A DNA stretch of 64,000 nt from Thecamonas trahens ATCC 50062 (taxonomy: Eukaryota > Protista > Apusomonadida): positions 62,001 through 126,000 of the forward strand of contig NW_013657677.1 in assembly GCF_000142905.1 (NCBI RefSeq), in the 5' to 3' direction. Below are positions 49,293 to 60,740 of the stretch, one piece after another. A program made the translations under genes and the position numbers. Under the pieces are notes generated by a model that did no database searches, was not told where the DNA came from, and saw only the letters and a list, made by a program, of their open reading frames with translations. Each line of letters opens with the position of its first letter. Positions within the stretch are counted from its first letter, which is position 1.

Positions 49293-50003
49293 ATGTACAA
49301 CAAGCAGTACATGCAGGCAATTGGCCTAGTGGCTCTTGCTATCGTGCTGATGGCGGCGTGCGTGTCCGGATCTGGCGACCACGACCACACTTCGTGCGCT
49401 TGTGCAGCCAAGGAGATGAGTTTCACCATCAACTGCACTGCTGAAGGCGATGTGACCACGGCCTTCAACTACCTGCAGGCCAACTCGTGTGCCAGCAAGT
49501 GCGAAAGTGACCATGCTTGCGAGCGCAACTTCTTCATCATCCAGTCGCACCATGACCATTGCCTCACGATTCCGGACGCAGTGGCCAAGGGCATCCACAA
49601 CTACGAGGCTGCGTGCCACTCGTGCACGATCAAGCGCCAGTACAGCGCTTCGCTCCCAGCATGTACCCAGCCGACGTGCTCGATGAAGGCTCCGGCGACC
49701 GACGCCTTTGCCGCGCTCCAGGCTAACAACTGCACGACCAGCTGCGCGTCGACCGCGTGCAGCTCGGCGTTCAAGACCATCCGCGCCTACCACGACATGT
49801 GCGACGAGGACGATCTCGCCCAGTCTGTCGAGGAGGGCATCCACGACTTTGAGGACGCGTGCGCGGCGTACGACTGCAACACCTCGTCGGGGCCGTTTGT
49901 CCCTACCTGTGAGTCCACCACCTCGGCCGCGGCTGCTTCGGTCGCCTCGGTCGCCCACGTTGGCTTTGCCGCTCTCGTTGCGCTTGCTGTCACGTTTTTG
50001 TGA
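49293..50003 (+). CDS. Secreted, probably GPI-anchored Cys/His-rich protein with internal duplication
   Basis: Signal peptide; two LQAN.C...C...C...HD.C...GIH.(Y/F)E.AC units; Ser/Ala spacer and hydrophobic C-terminus. Confidence 0.8.
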   Translation: MYNKQYMQAIGLVALAIVLMAACVSGSGDHDHTSCACAAKEMSFTINCTAEGDVTTAFNYLQANSCASKCESDHACERNFFIIQSHHDHCLTIPDAVAKGIHNYEAACHSCTIKRQYSASLPACTQPTCSMKAPATDAFAALQANNCTTSCASTACSSAFKTIRAYHDMCDEDDLAQSVEEGIHDFEDACAAYDCNTSSGPFVPTCESTTSAAAASVASVAHVGFAALVALAVTFL

Positions 50004-50632
50004 TTGCACGCCGATAAAAGCAAACTGCAAAAAGTAGAGAAGCCAGCACTTGCCGTTCTGGTGGTGCGCAGCCGATACTAGCACAGTAGACGCCGAGGCA
50101 CAGCTACATCTATCACGCTGCTTGGACGCACCTCGACAACTCTGTTTCACAAACACTCAGCTCATGCTGCTACGCCGCAGCCGCCAACGCACAACGGACA
50201 GCAAGGGTACCAAATCGATTCCATCCTCCATTATCCATCCCCCGCAGCCGTAGCTGTGCCATCATCACCCTTTTTCAAGCCTCCTGCTGCTATCGCTGCT
50301 ACGGCTGTGTGAGGAGAGGAAGGAGAACACCTGTCAGACGGTCCAGGCGGAGTCAAAACTCCGCGATTCTCCTGCCAGAAACAGTCTAGCATTGAAGGTA
50401 TCCGAAACTGTTGATCCGGACTACTGCACCAACACCATAACCAGAGCGTCACAAAAAAAACCCCATCCTACGTGAACGACCAACACAAGCAACGCCAGCC
50501 GTCAGCCGCCGGGGAGACGAGTCATGACCAGCATACGGGGCGGGGTGGGCGGGACAAGGAGGGGAGGGGGGGAGGGGGGGGGCAAGGACTACACTCAACT
50601 CTGTTGTATATACAGGATACCTAAGGTCCAGT

Positions 50633-51229
50633 ATGCTTCGTAATGTCATCCGTGCGCATATGCCGCTTGCTGGAGTTGCCCGTGGAGCGGCGAGCCTTCC
50701 GCCTCAGTGGCTTGCTGCGGCAGCCAAGGAGCTCAAGTTGAGCTCTGCTGAGGAAGCAGCGAACAAGCTGACGACTTCGACTGTGGAGGGCATTGATGTT
50801 CTTCCGCTCTACACTGATGCCACTGGTGCTGACACTGCTCTTCCTGGCGAGTTCCCCTACAAGCGCGGGCCGTACGCCTCGATGTACACTGGCCGGCCCT
50901 GGACCGTCCGCCAGTACGCCGGCTTCTCCACGGCCAAGGAGTCAAACGAGTTCTACAAGGCCAACCTGGCTGCCGGTCAGAAGGGTCTCTCTGTCGCCTT
51001 TGATCTGGCTACTCATCGCGGGTACGACTCGGATCATCCGCGGGTGGCCGGCGATGTGGGCATGGCTGGCGTGGCCATCGACACCATCGAGGACATGAAA
51101 GTCCTGTTTGACGGCATCCCGCTCAAGGACATGTCCGTCTCCATGACCATGAACGGGGCTGTCATCCCCATCATGGCTATGTACATCGGTGCAGGCCTGG
51201 AGCAGGGCGCGACGACCAAGCAGCTCTCG

Positions 51230-51260
<31 letters not shown>

Positions 51261-52828
51261 TCCTCGTCCGCAACACCTTTATCTACCCGCCGCGCCCGTC
51301 GATGCGCATCATCTCGGACATCTTTGCCTACACCTCGCAGAACATGCCGCGCTTCAACTCGATCTCCATCTCGGGCTACCACATGCAGGAGGCCGGTGCA
51401 ACTGCCGTCCAGGAGCTGGCGTACACCATCGCCGACGGTCTCGAGTACACCAAGGCCGGTGTCGACGCCGGGCTCGACGTCGACGCCTTTGCCCCGCGCC
51501 TCTCGTTCTTCTTTGGCATTGGCATGAACTTCTTCATGGAGATTGCCAAGCTCCGCGCCGCTCGTGTCCTCTGGGCCGAGTACATGCGCGACACCTTTGC
51601 GCCGGCAAACCCCAAGTCGACCATGCTGCGAACCCACTGCCAAACCTCGGGCTGGTCGCTCACCGAGCAGGACCCGGTCAACAACGTCATCCGCACCACC
51701 GTCGAGGCCATGGCCGCCACCCTCGGTGGCACCCAGTCGCTCCACACCAACGCCCTCGACGAGGCCGTCGGCCTGCCCACCACCTTCTCGGCACGCATTG
51801 CGCGCAACACCCAGCTCATCCTGCAGGAGGAGGCTGGAATCCCGGCCATCGTCGACCCCATGGGCGGCTCGTACGCCATCGAGGCTCTGACCGACGAGCT
51901 CGTCGCCGGCGCCCGTGAGCTCATCGAGGAGGTCCAGTCCATGGGTGGCATGACGGCCGCCATCGAGTCCGGCCTGCCCAAGCGCCGCATCGAAGAGTCG
52001 GCCGCCGTCCGTCAGGCCCGCATCGACGCTGGCGAGGAGGTCATCGTCGGCGTCAACAAGTACCGCCTGCCCGACTCCGAGGCCGACGAGGTCGAGGTCA
52101 AGATGATCGACAACGCCAAGGTCCGCGAGCAGCAGATCGAGTCCATCAACGCCATCAAGGCCGGCCGCGACAGCGCCGCCGTCTCGGCCGCCCTCGACGC
52201 CATCTCCGCCGCCGCCGCCTCGGACTCGGGTAACCTCCTCGAGCTCGCCGTCGATGCTGCCCTCGCCCGCGCCACCGTCGGCGAGATCTCCGACGCCATG
52301 GAGACCACCTTTGGCCGCTACATGCCCAAGGGCGAGCTCATTCGCGGTGTCTACAAGGAGTCGTTCTCGGGCACCACCGAGTTTGACGCCATCCACTCGC
52401 GCGTCAAGGCCTTTGCCGACGCCCACGGCCGCCGCCCGCGCATTCTCATCGCCAAGCTCGGCCAGGACGGCCACGACCGCGGCGCCCGCGTCGTCGCTAC
52501 TTCGTTTGCCGACATGGGCTTTGACGTCGACCTCGGCCCGCTCTTCCAGACTCCGGAGGAGGTCGCTTCCGAGGCCGTCGACCTTGACGTCCACATTGTC
52601 GGCGTCTCGTCGCAGGCCGCCGGCCACCGCACCCTTGTCCCCGAGCTCATCCAGAAGCTCAAGGACGCCGGCTCGTCCGCCGTCGTCGTCGTTGGTGGCG
52701 TCATCCCGCGCCCGGACTACGACATGCTCCACGACGCCGGCGCCGTCGCCGTCTTTGGCCCCGGCACTCGGGTCACCGAGGCCGCCGGCACTGTCCTCGA
52801 CAAGGTCGAGGAGCAGACCGACCTTTGA
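50633..52828 (+). CDS. MMUT: Methylmalonyl-CoA mutase, mitochondrial (adenosylcobalamin-dependent)
   Basis: [40 protein letters not shown]12-binding DGHDRG. Confidence 0.98.
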
Positions 52829-52896
52829 GCTGATCTCCCATAAATCAAGGCTGACAATCCGCAGCACAGGAGCGCTTGCCATTCATGAACCTTCGT

Positions 52897-54739
52897 TTAC
52901 GCAGAAGACGATGAGGCAGCTGACGCCGGCGGGTGGCGCTCGAGCGTCATGTCGCAGATGGTGGCGGTCCGCGAAAAAGCAAGCGAGCACTCGTGGCCGA
53001 ACAGGTCGCGAATGTTCTTGATGCCGTACTTGATCATGGTCGGGCGCTCGAGCGAGAGGCCCCAGGCAATGCACGAAACATCCTCAGGCATGCCCATCGG
53101 GCGGAGCATCTCCGGGCGGAAGACGCCCGAGTTGCCAATCTCGAGCCACTTACCCGAGCCCTCGTGCCACGAGAAGATCTCCATCGACGGCTCGGTGTAC
53201 GGGTTGTACGCCGGCTTGAACCGCAGCTTGTCGATGCCGAGCTTCTTGAAGAACTCGTTGAGGACGCCGATGAGGTCGCCGAGCGTCACGTTGCGGTCGA
53301 CAATGAGGCCCTCAACCTGGTGGAACTCAGCCAGGTGGGTAGCATCGGGCGTCTCGTTGCGAGTCACCCGATCGATGGAAAAGTACTTCTTCGGCTTGAA
53401 CTCGTCAGCCTGCGCCAGCTCGTACAGCATCCGCGACGAGACCGCCGTCGTGTGCGTCCGCAGAATGTTCTTTCGCGCCTCGTCCTCCGACCAGTCGTAG
53501 CGGTAGCCAATCGAGCCATAGCCGCCCACCTCGTGCTGCTTCCGCACCCGCTCCATGTAGTCGGCCGGGATGGTCAGCGTCCGCGCCGGGTCCGACACAA
53601 AGAACGTATCGTGCGCATCGCGAGCAGGGTGCTGCTGCGGCTGGAAGAGCGAGTCAAAGTTCCAGAACGACGACTCCACAAACTGGTTCGTCGGCATCTC
53701 CTCGAAGCCCATCTCAAGGAAGATCTCGCGGAACTGCGTCCGCACCTTCATCAACGGGTGCAGGTACCCGCCCGTCAGCGGCCGGCCCTTGGCCTTGAGG
53801 TTGAGCGGCTTGAACTTGAGCGACTGCCACTCGCCCGACGCCAGCATCTCCACAGTCAGGTCCGTCTTGGGCTTCTGCCGCACCGGCGCGTAGTTGCTCC
53901 CCTTGCTCACCGCGTACGAGACGGTCTTGACCTCGGCCACAAACCCGCGCTTCTTCAGATCCTTCATCACCTTACCGGCAACCTCCTCGCTCTTTCCCGT
54001 AAACACCTTGGACAGCTGCACCTTGGTCTCGTCCACAACCTCACCCACATCGGCCACCGCAACCAGGTTGCCCGACGCCTTGTCGACCTTGATCCACTTG
54101 GACTTCATAGCGCGACCCTTGTCCTGCGCCGCAAACGCCTCCTACTCACCGCACATCCACACAACATCAGTCATCCTCTTCACCACATCCTCTTTCACCG
54201 CCACACCATCTTTCCCCCTCTTCCCTCTTTCGCATGCCCCCCCCCCCTTCCCGCCCCACGCCCCCTACAACCCCCCCCGAATGGCCTCGTGATCGATCGA
54301 AGCTGGAAAATCACCAGCCATGCGGCGGCCCCCCCCTACCCACCCCACCACCACCACCATGATGACCACACCTTGCCCCCAACACACACATACACACACA
54401 CTTCCGGTATCTCTATGTCCATCCCTCTATCTCCTGTCGTACCTTGTCCTTGGCTGACACAGGGTTGCCAGCAGCAGCCCGCTCGGCAACGGTGACGAGA
54501 ATATGGAACTCGGGCGAGCCCGAAGCGAGGACGGCGTCACCGGCCGGGGTGAGCTTGAAGGCGACCGAAGTGGAGGAGATAGCAGTCACGGTCTCATCTG
54601 AAGTGAGGGACTTGATGACCGACTCAACAGCTTTGCGTTCTAAACCATTCTCCTCTGCCCATGACACAGAGTTGTCAATGTTGCTCGTCTGAAGCTGGCC
54701 AAGAATGGCTGCCTCGATCTGCTCGCCAGTCGTTGCCAT
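52897..54739 (-). CDS. FARSA: Phenylalanyl-tRNA synthetase alpha subunit; exons 54739-54443, 54141-52897
   Basis: [59 protein letters not shown]; phase-0 intron. Confidence 0.97.
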
Positions 54740-54840
54740 GGCCAGTTGCTAATTAATAGAGAGGTGGCCACCAATGGCGGGAGGGGAGGAGGGGGGGAAG
54801 GGCAGTGCCTCATTGCCCATCACCTCGCCATCGATAGCTA

Positions 54841-55117
54841 CCGTCTATGACCTCCGATTACACTGATTCTCAGAACACCAATAGTGAGTTATATGTTGAG
54901 CTCAAGTCTATAGTTTTGCCTTCATCGGGAGGGTAATGCGCGTGGTAGGGGGAGGAGAGAAGGACAAGGTCTAGGGAAGGCGGGGTTCAGCCAGTGAGGG
55001 ACCGGTCTTTGGCCTCCGATCACGCTCAATCTCGGTATATTGCTAGTGCATTGTATGATGAGCACGTATTTACAGTTTCACGTTCATCGGACGAGCAATG
55101 CCCGTGATAAGAGGGGA
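54841..55117. repeat. Diverged gapless direct repeat (two units offset by 162 bp)
   Basis: 54851-54928 vs 55013-55090: 54/78 identical by manual count, no gaps; similarity extends about 10 nt left and 25 nt right. Confidence 0.85.
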
Positions 55118-55288
55118 AACGCCACTACCCTGTCTGGACTCGAGAACTCACTGGTCGTCCTAAACCCCCACAGCCACACCCAACACACACGCACCCCCAC
55201 CCCCACCCCCCCCCACACACACACCACCTCTCTCCTCTCTCCATCCTCTCTATCCTCACTCCCACAAACGCACACACACTACTTTCTC

Positions 55289-56008
55289 ATGGCTCTCGAC
55301 AACGACGGACTCGGCCGAGTCGACCTTGTGGCCAAGTACCGCTTAGAGGCTGGCCCCGAGGAGGCGGGCACAGGTTTGGCAGGCGCTTCTGGAGAGACAG
55401 CAACTGCGATGGTCGAAGTCGCCGGCCTCAGAGCTCCGCCGCTGGATCTGAGTGACTTTCCTGATGCCCCACATGCGCCTGATGAGTGGATGCCCAACAC
55501 AGAGATCGGACCGCTGGCCGATGCACCGCGCCTGCCGCCCGTCGACATGCGTCCGCTCGATGAGAACCAGCTCAAGGGTTTGGTGCTGGAAAAGGGCTCC
55601 ATCCCGCAGCTTCGCTTTGGGTCGGCGGCGGAAGCTGGGAAGAAGCGTAAGCGCAAGCGCGATTCCTCGCGTCGCAAGCGCAGCTCAAAGGCCACCGACA
55701 AGTCCAAGTCGCGCCGGCGGAAGAAACGCGATCGCGGCAAGAAGAAGAAGCGCCGCAAGCACAAGAGCAAGAAGAGCAAGCGTTCAAAATCGTCTGCCCG
55801 CAAGAGCAAGTCCTCCCGCGACGAGCATGGTTCTCCGGCACTGAAGTCGGGCTCCTCCTCCTCCTCATCATCATCATCATCGTCATCATCATCATCATCG
55901 TCCTCCTCCTCATCGTCATCATCATCGTCTCCCTCGGCATCCGACTCCTCCGCCAACACCCGTCCCTCCAAGCGATCCAAGACCTCCCGCTCCAGCCACC
56001 ACCCATGA
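55289..56008 (+). CDS. MED19: Mediator subunit MED19-like protein
   Basis: G..DLVAKYRL, LSDFPDAP, L...P....+.PL...QL.GL.L..G.IP, followed by a Lys/Arg-rich tail and poly-Ser. Confidence 0.55.
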   Translation: MALDNDGLGRVDLVAKYRLEAGPEEAGTGLAGASGETATAMVEVAGLRAPPLDLSDFPDAPHAPDEWMPNTEIGPLADAPRLPPVDMRPLDENQLKGLVLEKGSIPQLRFGSAAEAGKKRKRKRDSSRRKRSSKATDKSKSRRRKKRDRGKKKKRRKHKSKKSKRSKSSARKSKSSRDEHGSPALKSGSSSSSSSSSSSSSSSSSSSSSSSSSSPSASDSSANTRPSKRSKTSRSSHHP

Positions 56009-56054
56009 ACGCATCACCACTGCTCTCCACCCCCCCACACCTCACACCCCCACC

Positions 56055-57014
56055 ATGGGCCACGACCAGCTCATCGCTGCCGTCCAACGGGCTAACACCG
56101 TCATACGATCACTGACCAAGATGATCCATGCCCTCGAAGCACAGCGTGATGCGCTCCAGACCCAGCTGGTCACCGCGAGCTCTGCCGCGAGCTCCGCCAG
56201 TCACCGTCCGTCGTGTGCTCGCTGCGACGGACTCGAGGTCACCGTCACCCACCTCCTTGCACAAGTAGACGCTCTCCGGGTAGAGCTGGACGCGCGAGAC
56301 GTTGAGCAGATTGAGCGCTCTGTCCTTGCCCGTGACGTCGAGCGCCTCACTGCGCTGGACCTCGCCGGCTCGCCGCCCTCGCCCGTCTCTCCCGCGTCTC
56401 TCCCGCACCCGGCCGAGCGCCGGCGGGCTACGCCGGGCTCGCCGCTAGCAGCTTCGCTGGCCTCACCTACTGCCTCCCCGACACTGGATTCGGGCAAAGG
56501 TAGGGGCGAGGTTGGCACCGAGGGCAGAGACTTGGGCTCGGCCTCGGGTTCGCCTGGTGGGAGTTCATTGCTTGCCAGCCTGCCGCGGCTGGCCATTGAC
56601 ACCCGCGGCATGGAGGCGGTGACCGGGCGCGGGCGGAGGCAGAGCGTCATCGATGCACCGCCGTGCATGCACTGCACCCGGGCAGCATCCATGCGTGACG
56701 TGGCCGAGGAGGCCACTCGCCAGATGGCAGTCAAGCTCGCCGCTCTGCGTGTCGAAGTCACCGAGCTCGCCGACGAGGCCGCTGCGGCCCGCGCGCGGGC
56801 TGACGACGCCAACTCTCAGATCCGAACACTCAAAGACGCGCTGAGTGACGCCCGCGCCTCGATCTCACACCTCGAGCCGTTCCGCTTCCGCGCTGCCGGC
56901 CTCGGCCTCATCTGCCGGAGCCTCGAGGAGGAGGTGGAGCACTTTTCGGAGCGCGCCTTGCTCGCCGAGACCAAGCTCAAGGTCTACGAACTCGGCACGT
57001 CCGCCATCATGTAG
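56055..57014 (+). CDS. Hypothetical coiled-coil protein
   Basis: 319-aa ORF with two coiled-coil segments, each preceded by CxxC. Confidence 0.65.
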   Translation: MGHDQLIAAVQRANTVIRSLTKMIHALEAQRDALQTQLVTASSAASSASHRPSCARCDGLEVTVTHLLAQVDALRVELDARDVEQIERSVLARDVERLTALDLAGSPPSPVSPASLPHPAERRRATPGSPLAASLASPTASPTLDSGKGRGEVGTEGRDLGSASGSPGGSSLLASLPRLAIDTRGMEAVTGRGRRQSVIDAPPCMHCTRAASMRDVAEEATRQMAVKLAALRVEVTELADEAAAARARADDANSQIRTLKDALSDARASISHLEPFRFRAAGLGLICRSLEEEVEHFSERALLAETKLKVYELGTSAIM

Positions 57015-60000
57015 CAGTCACCTGAGACGTGGATCATGCAGTACGCATGGTTCTTGTACGTGTTCTGCATCACCACTAGCTGGTCGAGTCGGTACGAGGT
57101 CAGCGCGTTGCCGCCGAGCGATGCCACCCGCCCGCGGAGCATGGCCTTGGCCTCGGACACAAACAAGTGCGTCACCGCCCCGTTGCCGCCCTTCTCCGAC
57201 ACATCGTCAAACTCGCGGATGAGCGAGAGCGAGAGCCGGCCAAGGTACTCTTGGACAACCTTGCCCGGCACAAAAGCCAGCGGAGTGAGGGTGATCGCCG
57301 GTCCGTCTGGTCGCGGGTAGTCGAGCGTCCGAGCTCCGCTTCCGCCGCCACGCCGCCGCCGCTGCTGCCGGCCGCCCCGCCGCCGCAACGATGCTCGGCT
57401 GCTGGCCTCGCCGTCACCGCCCAAGCCATCGCGGTCGTCGTCATCGTCGTCGAGCCGCGACGACTCGCTCCCTCCGCCAGAACACGTCCCAGAACCGGTC
57501 TCCACCGGCGCTGCGTACTCGAGCCGCGGCAGCAGCTCGTCTGGAACCAAGAACGAGCCCAGCGGCGATGGGAGGTCGATCGGCGGTAAAACTGGCGCCC
57601 GCAGCTCCTTGACAATCATGCCAGTCACGACGGCCGTGATCTGGTTGCCCGAGGACGACGCTATTGAGACCGAAGACCGCAAGCCCACGACCTGGACCGG
57701 CCGCATCCGTGAGGCCTTGTACACAAGCGAGGCGTAGAGGGAGCGAAAGACGACCGCCAGCTCTTGATTAACAAACCGCGATGAGGTCCGCAGCGAGATC
57801 CGCTTGACCACAGTGATGAGCGAGACGTTGCCTAACTCGCGCCGAGTGCACCGCGAGCCCGGAAACCGCATCGTGGTGCAAAGCCGCACCCCGTCGGGGA
57901 GAAGCGGATCGAGCAGGACCGCGAGCAGGTCGCGGTCGGCGTCGTCGTCGACATTGACGTCCACCTCGAGCGCAACCGTGTTCGACTCGGCGCCGCCCGA
58001 GCCGCGGTGCAGGCCGGCCTCGTCATCCGACGAGTATCCCGAGCCACAGGCCGAGAGCGACGAGCTCGAGCTCGTCGACGAGCTCGAGCTCGACACAATG
58101 AGCAACGGATCGGCGTCGAGGTAGCCGAGCTCGGCTGCAGCACCGACGCCGCCGCCAGCCTCAACCTCGTCGGAAGACGAAGAGGAGCTCGAGGACGAGC
58201 TCGACGCCACCGCGTCCTGCGCCAACTGTGCCAGCGCGCGTAGCTTGGACCGGTTGTGCTCTGCCTGCGAGACGAGGCAGCTCTGGGTCCGTGCCAGCTC
58301 GACATCTTGGTTCTTGGTGATCGAGAGGGCACGCACAATGTTGAGTGACGCTGGCGGCGGGAGCGGCGAGAGATAGCAGGCCGTCGCCGAAGCCATGGCC
58401 ACCACCATGGTGGCCGAGACGTCAAGCGAGAGCGAAAATCCAAACGCCGCGTTCATGCCCTTGACCTTGAGCTTGATGAGTAGCTGCCGGTGGATGTCGT
58501 AGAGCACAAACGGGAGAAGCTCCGAGAGTTGCTCAGCGTCATCCTTGCCGTGCTTCTTGCCCCGCATGCGGATGACTCGCACCTCGAGATGCGTGCCCTC
58601 GCCCACAATGGGCAGCCCTTTGGGCGGCTCCATTGACGAGAGCAGGACCGGCGGCACAAACTTGCGCTTGCACTCGGCGCAGACGTGGACCTTCATCTGC
58701 AAGGAGGCGTTGCGGACCGAGTACGGAATGTGTGCCACCGAGCACCACACCTTGCTCTTAGCCCGCTGCTTCCGCCGCTTGGCCTTGCGCTTGGCTGAAC
58801 GTGCCGCAGCCTTGCCCGGCCTCACCAGCGCGTCGTCCACCGTCCCGGTCCCAAACCGCTGCTGCTGCGCAAATGGCCCGTCGAGGAGCGGATGTCTCAG
58901 CCGCAGCACAACAGCGGTGCCCACTGCGGTGAGGACGACGACCTCGTCGCGAATCGCAACCTGTTCCGAGTAGCCGATGACAAAGTAGCAGCCGAGCGCG
59001 AGCGCATGCGATCGGATCTCGTCGCGGATCTCCGACCACCACGCGTCGCGGACGGCTGTCGTGTCCGCACCGCGCGCCGAAATGAGTTTGACCGATGAGG
59101 TGGCCACAATGCCTCCCAGCCGGAGCAGGACGCCGACCGGGAGGTCGGTGACCGAGAGCAGCTGGACCCGGGCATACGACGACGGTCCGGACACAACGGC
59201 GTCAGCCAGCGACGGCGCCGGACGGGTTCCGCCGCGCGTCGGTGAGTTCGGTGCAGATGGCGCCGGCGACGGAAGCGGGCGGGCAAGGCCGCGCGAGCCC
59301 TCGGTCCGCACAATCGCCGCCGTACCGTACGCCCGCACCACAATGCCATACTCTTGCTCAAAGTCATAGTGCAGGTGAAAGCCAACCACAGCGTTGCCAC
59401 CCATCTCCAACACCTTGCGCCCGAGCTGCCGTCGGACCATGCCGGAGAGCTGGAAGAACAGCATTTGCCGTGCATCGTTGGACGACCGCGGGGTGCGGAA
59501 CGTATCCGTCCAGTGGTACTCGGGATCGTCGTCCATGACGAGATCCTCCACAAATCCCAGAAGCTGGACCAACCGGAGCTGGCGTGCCCGGGTCGGCGCC
59601 GGCCTCGAGGCCGAGAAGAACAGCACACCGGCCGACGAGTCGCCAAACGGATTGAGGTTGCCGATGAGCTCGACCTTGACCACCACCGAGAGCTCGCCAC
59701 AAACGCCACGCAGGGTGTCATAGATGGGAAACCAGCCAGCAATTGAGGCCGCTGACGACGCCCGCGTCCGCGTGGCCATGAACAGCACGTTGAGATCGAT
59801 GTGGACCGAGCCGATGACGTCGTCGGTCAGCCGATCATGGTCCCACACCTTGAGCTCCAGCGGCGAGTCCTGCACATCACCATCGTCCGACACCTCCTGC
59901 CGAAAGTAGTTCACTTGCCACACTGGCGACAACGTCTTTCGCGCAATGTCCGTCTCTCCGAACTGCTGATCGCCGAGCTTGACCTCTACATACGCGTCGG

Positions 60001-60073
60001 CCAGCCCAGTCGCCTCGTCCATCACAGGCAGGTTGCGCGCCGCCCGAACCTTGACCTTGACAATACACGGCAT
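56984..60073 (-). CDS. C2CD5: C2 domain-containing protein 5 (CDP138/KIAA0528)
   Basis: MPCIVKVKVRAARNLPVMD, GWFPIYDTLRG, FVEDLVMDDDPEYHW..FRTPRSSNDARQ, C-terminal LGGNAL...VSGD. Confidence 0.93.
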   Translation of the reverse strand: MPCIVKVKVRAARNLPVMDEATGLADAYVEVKLGDQQFGETDIARKTLSPVWQVNYFRQEVSDDGDVQDSPLELKVWDHDRLTDDVIGSVHIDLNVLFMATRTRASSAASIAGWFPIYDTLRGVCGELSVVVKVELIGNLNPFGDSSAGVLFFSASRPAPTRARQLRLVQLLGFVEDLVMDDDPEYHWTDTFRTPRSSNDARQMLFFQLSGMVRRQLGRKVLEMGGNAVVGFHLHYDFEQEYGIVVRAYGTAAIVRTEGSRGLARPLPSPAPSAPNSPTRGGTRPAPSLADAVVSGPSSYARVQLLSVTDLPVGVLLRLGGIVATSSVKLISARGADTTAVRDAWWSEIRDEIRSHALALGCYFVIGYSEQVAIRDEVVVLTAVGTAVVLRLRHPLLDGPFAQQQRFGTGTVDDALVRPGKAAARSAKRKAKRRKQRAKSKVWCSVAHIPYSVRNASLQMKVHVCAECKRKFVPPVLLSSMEPPKGLPIVGEGTHLEVRVIRMRGKKHGKDDAEQLSELLPFVLYDIHRQLLIKLKVKGMNAAFGFSLSLDVSATMVVAMASATACYLSPLPPPASLNIVRALSITKNQDVELARTQSCLVSQAEHNRSKLRALAQLAQDAVASSSSSSSSSSSDEVEAGGGVGAAAELGYLDADPLLIVSSSSSSTSSSSSLSACGSGYSSDDEAGLHRGSGGAESNTVALEVDVNVDDDADRDLLAVLLDPLLPDGVRLCTTMRFPGSRCTRRELGNVSLITVVKRISLRTSSRFVNQELAVVFRSLYASLVYKASRMRPVQVVGLRSSVSIASSSGNQITAVVTGMIVKELRAPVLPPIDLPSPLGSFLVPDELLPRLEYAAPVETGSGTCSGGGSESSRLDDDDDDRDGLGGDGEASSRASLRRRGGRQQRRRRGGGSGARTLDYPRPDGPAITLTPLAFVPGKVVQEYLGRLSLSLIREFDDVSEKGGNGAVTHLFVSEAKAMLRGRVASLGGNALTSYRLDQLVVMQNTYKNHAYCMIHVSGDCYMMADVPSS

Positions 60074-60740
60074 GGTGAGAGTAACCCGTGCCTGTCGTAA
60101 GAAGTGGTGCTGGTACTGGTGCTGGTGGTGCTGGTGGTGCTGGTAGTGGTGGTAGGGTGAGGTGGGACGGTGCGTGCTGCTCGCGAGCCAAGGTGGGGTG
60201 AGTCGGGCAGAGCCGGCCGACTTGCTGGACTTGCCGGACTTGCCCCCAGATGCGGACGATTGGTCATCTGATGAGGCGAGAGTGTGGTCGGGAGGTGAAG
60301 CAAGGATAATGTCAAGGTGTTGCGGGAGGTAGAAGACAAGGTTGGATGCTGGGTCATCTCCGCTACATCTCACAACTCTGACCTACAACCGTGACCAATA
60401 TGACCATCATCCGCGCACCGTGGCCATCATCGCCATTGAAGCCATGGTCCACCTCTACGTTCCACCATCACAGTCAGATTGCAGGCGCCGCTACGGCCTG
60501 ATTGTGGCGCCATCGGTACACCATAGCGGCCATCATCTGCCCCAGCTCGGCTGCTGCCACTTCCGAAAACCAACAACTGACCACACAGCTGAGAGAGCAA
60601 GCTCTCAAGCACAGCACAGCCCAAGCTACTGCTGCAACCACTCCACTCGACAACACCACACTTTTATTTCTGTGGAGGAGAGTCACAACTGTAGAGCGCA
60701 CACAACACCTTTCTCCCTCTCTTGTTTGTGGTTGCCAACC

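Noticed and set aside
50942-52882. Long antisense ORFs (646 aa opposite MMUT, 520 aa opposite FARSA, and many others)
   Set aside because: Shadow ORFs caused by strong GC3 codon bias of the real genes; no recognisable motifs.
54851-55090. DGR template/variable repeat, hammerhead ribozyme or SECIS
   Set aside because: Mismatches are not adenine-specific and no reverse transcriptase is nearby; the hammerhead GAAA core appears in only one copy; the location is a promoter, not a 3' UTR.
60074-60373. 100-aa N-terminal extension of C2CD5
   Set aside because: Starts at a non-ATG codon, is low complexity, and the conserved family start MP..(V/L)KV begins at 60073.
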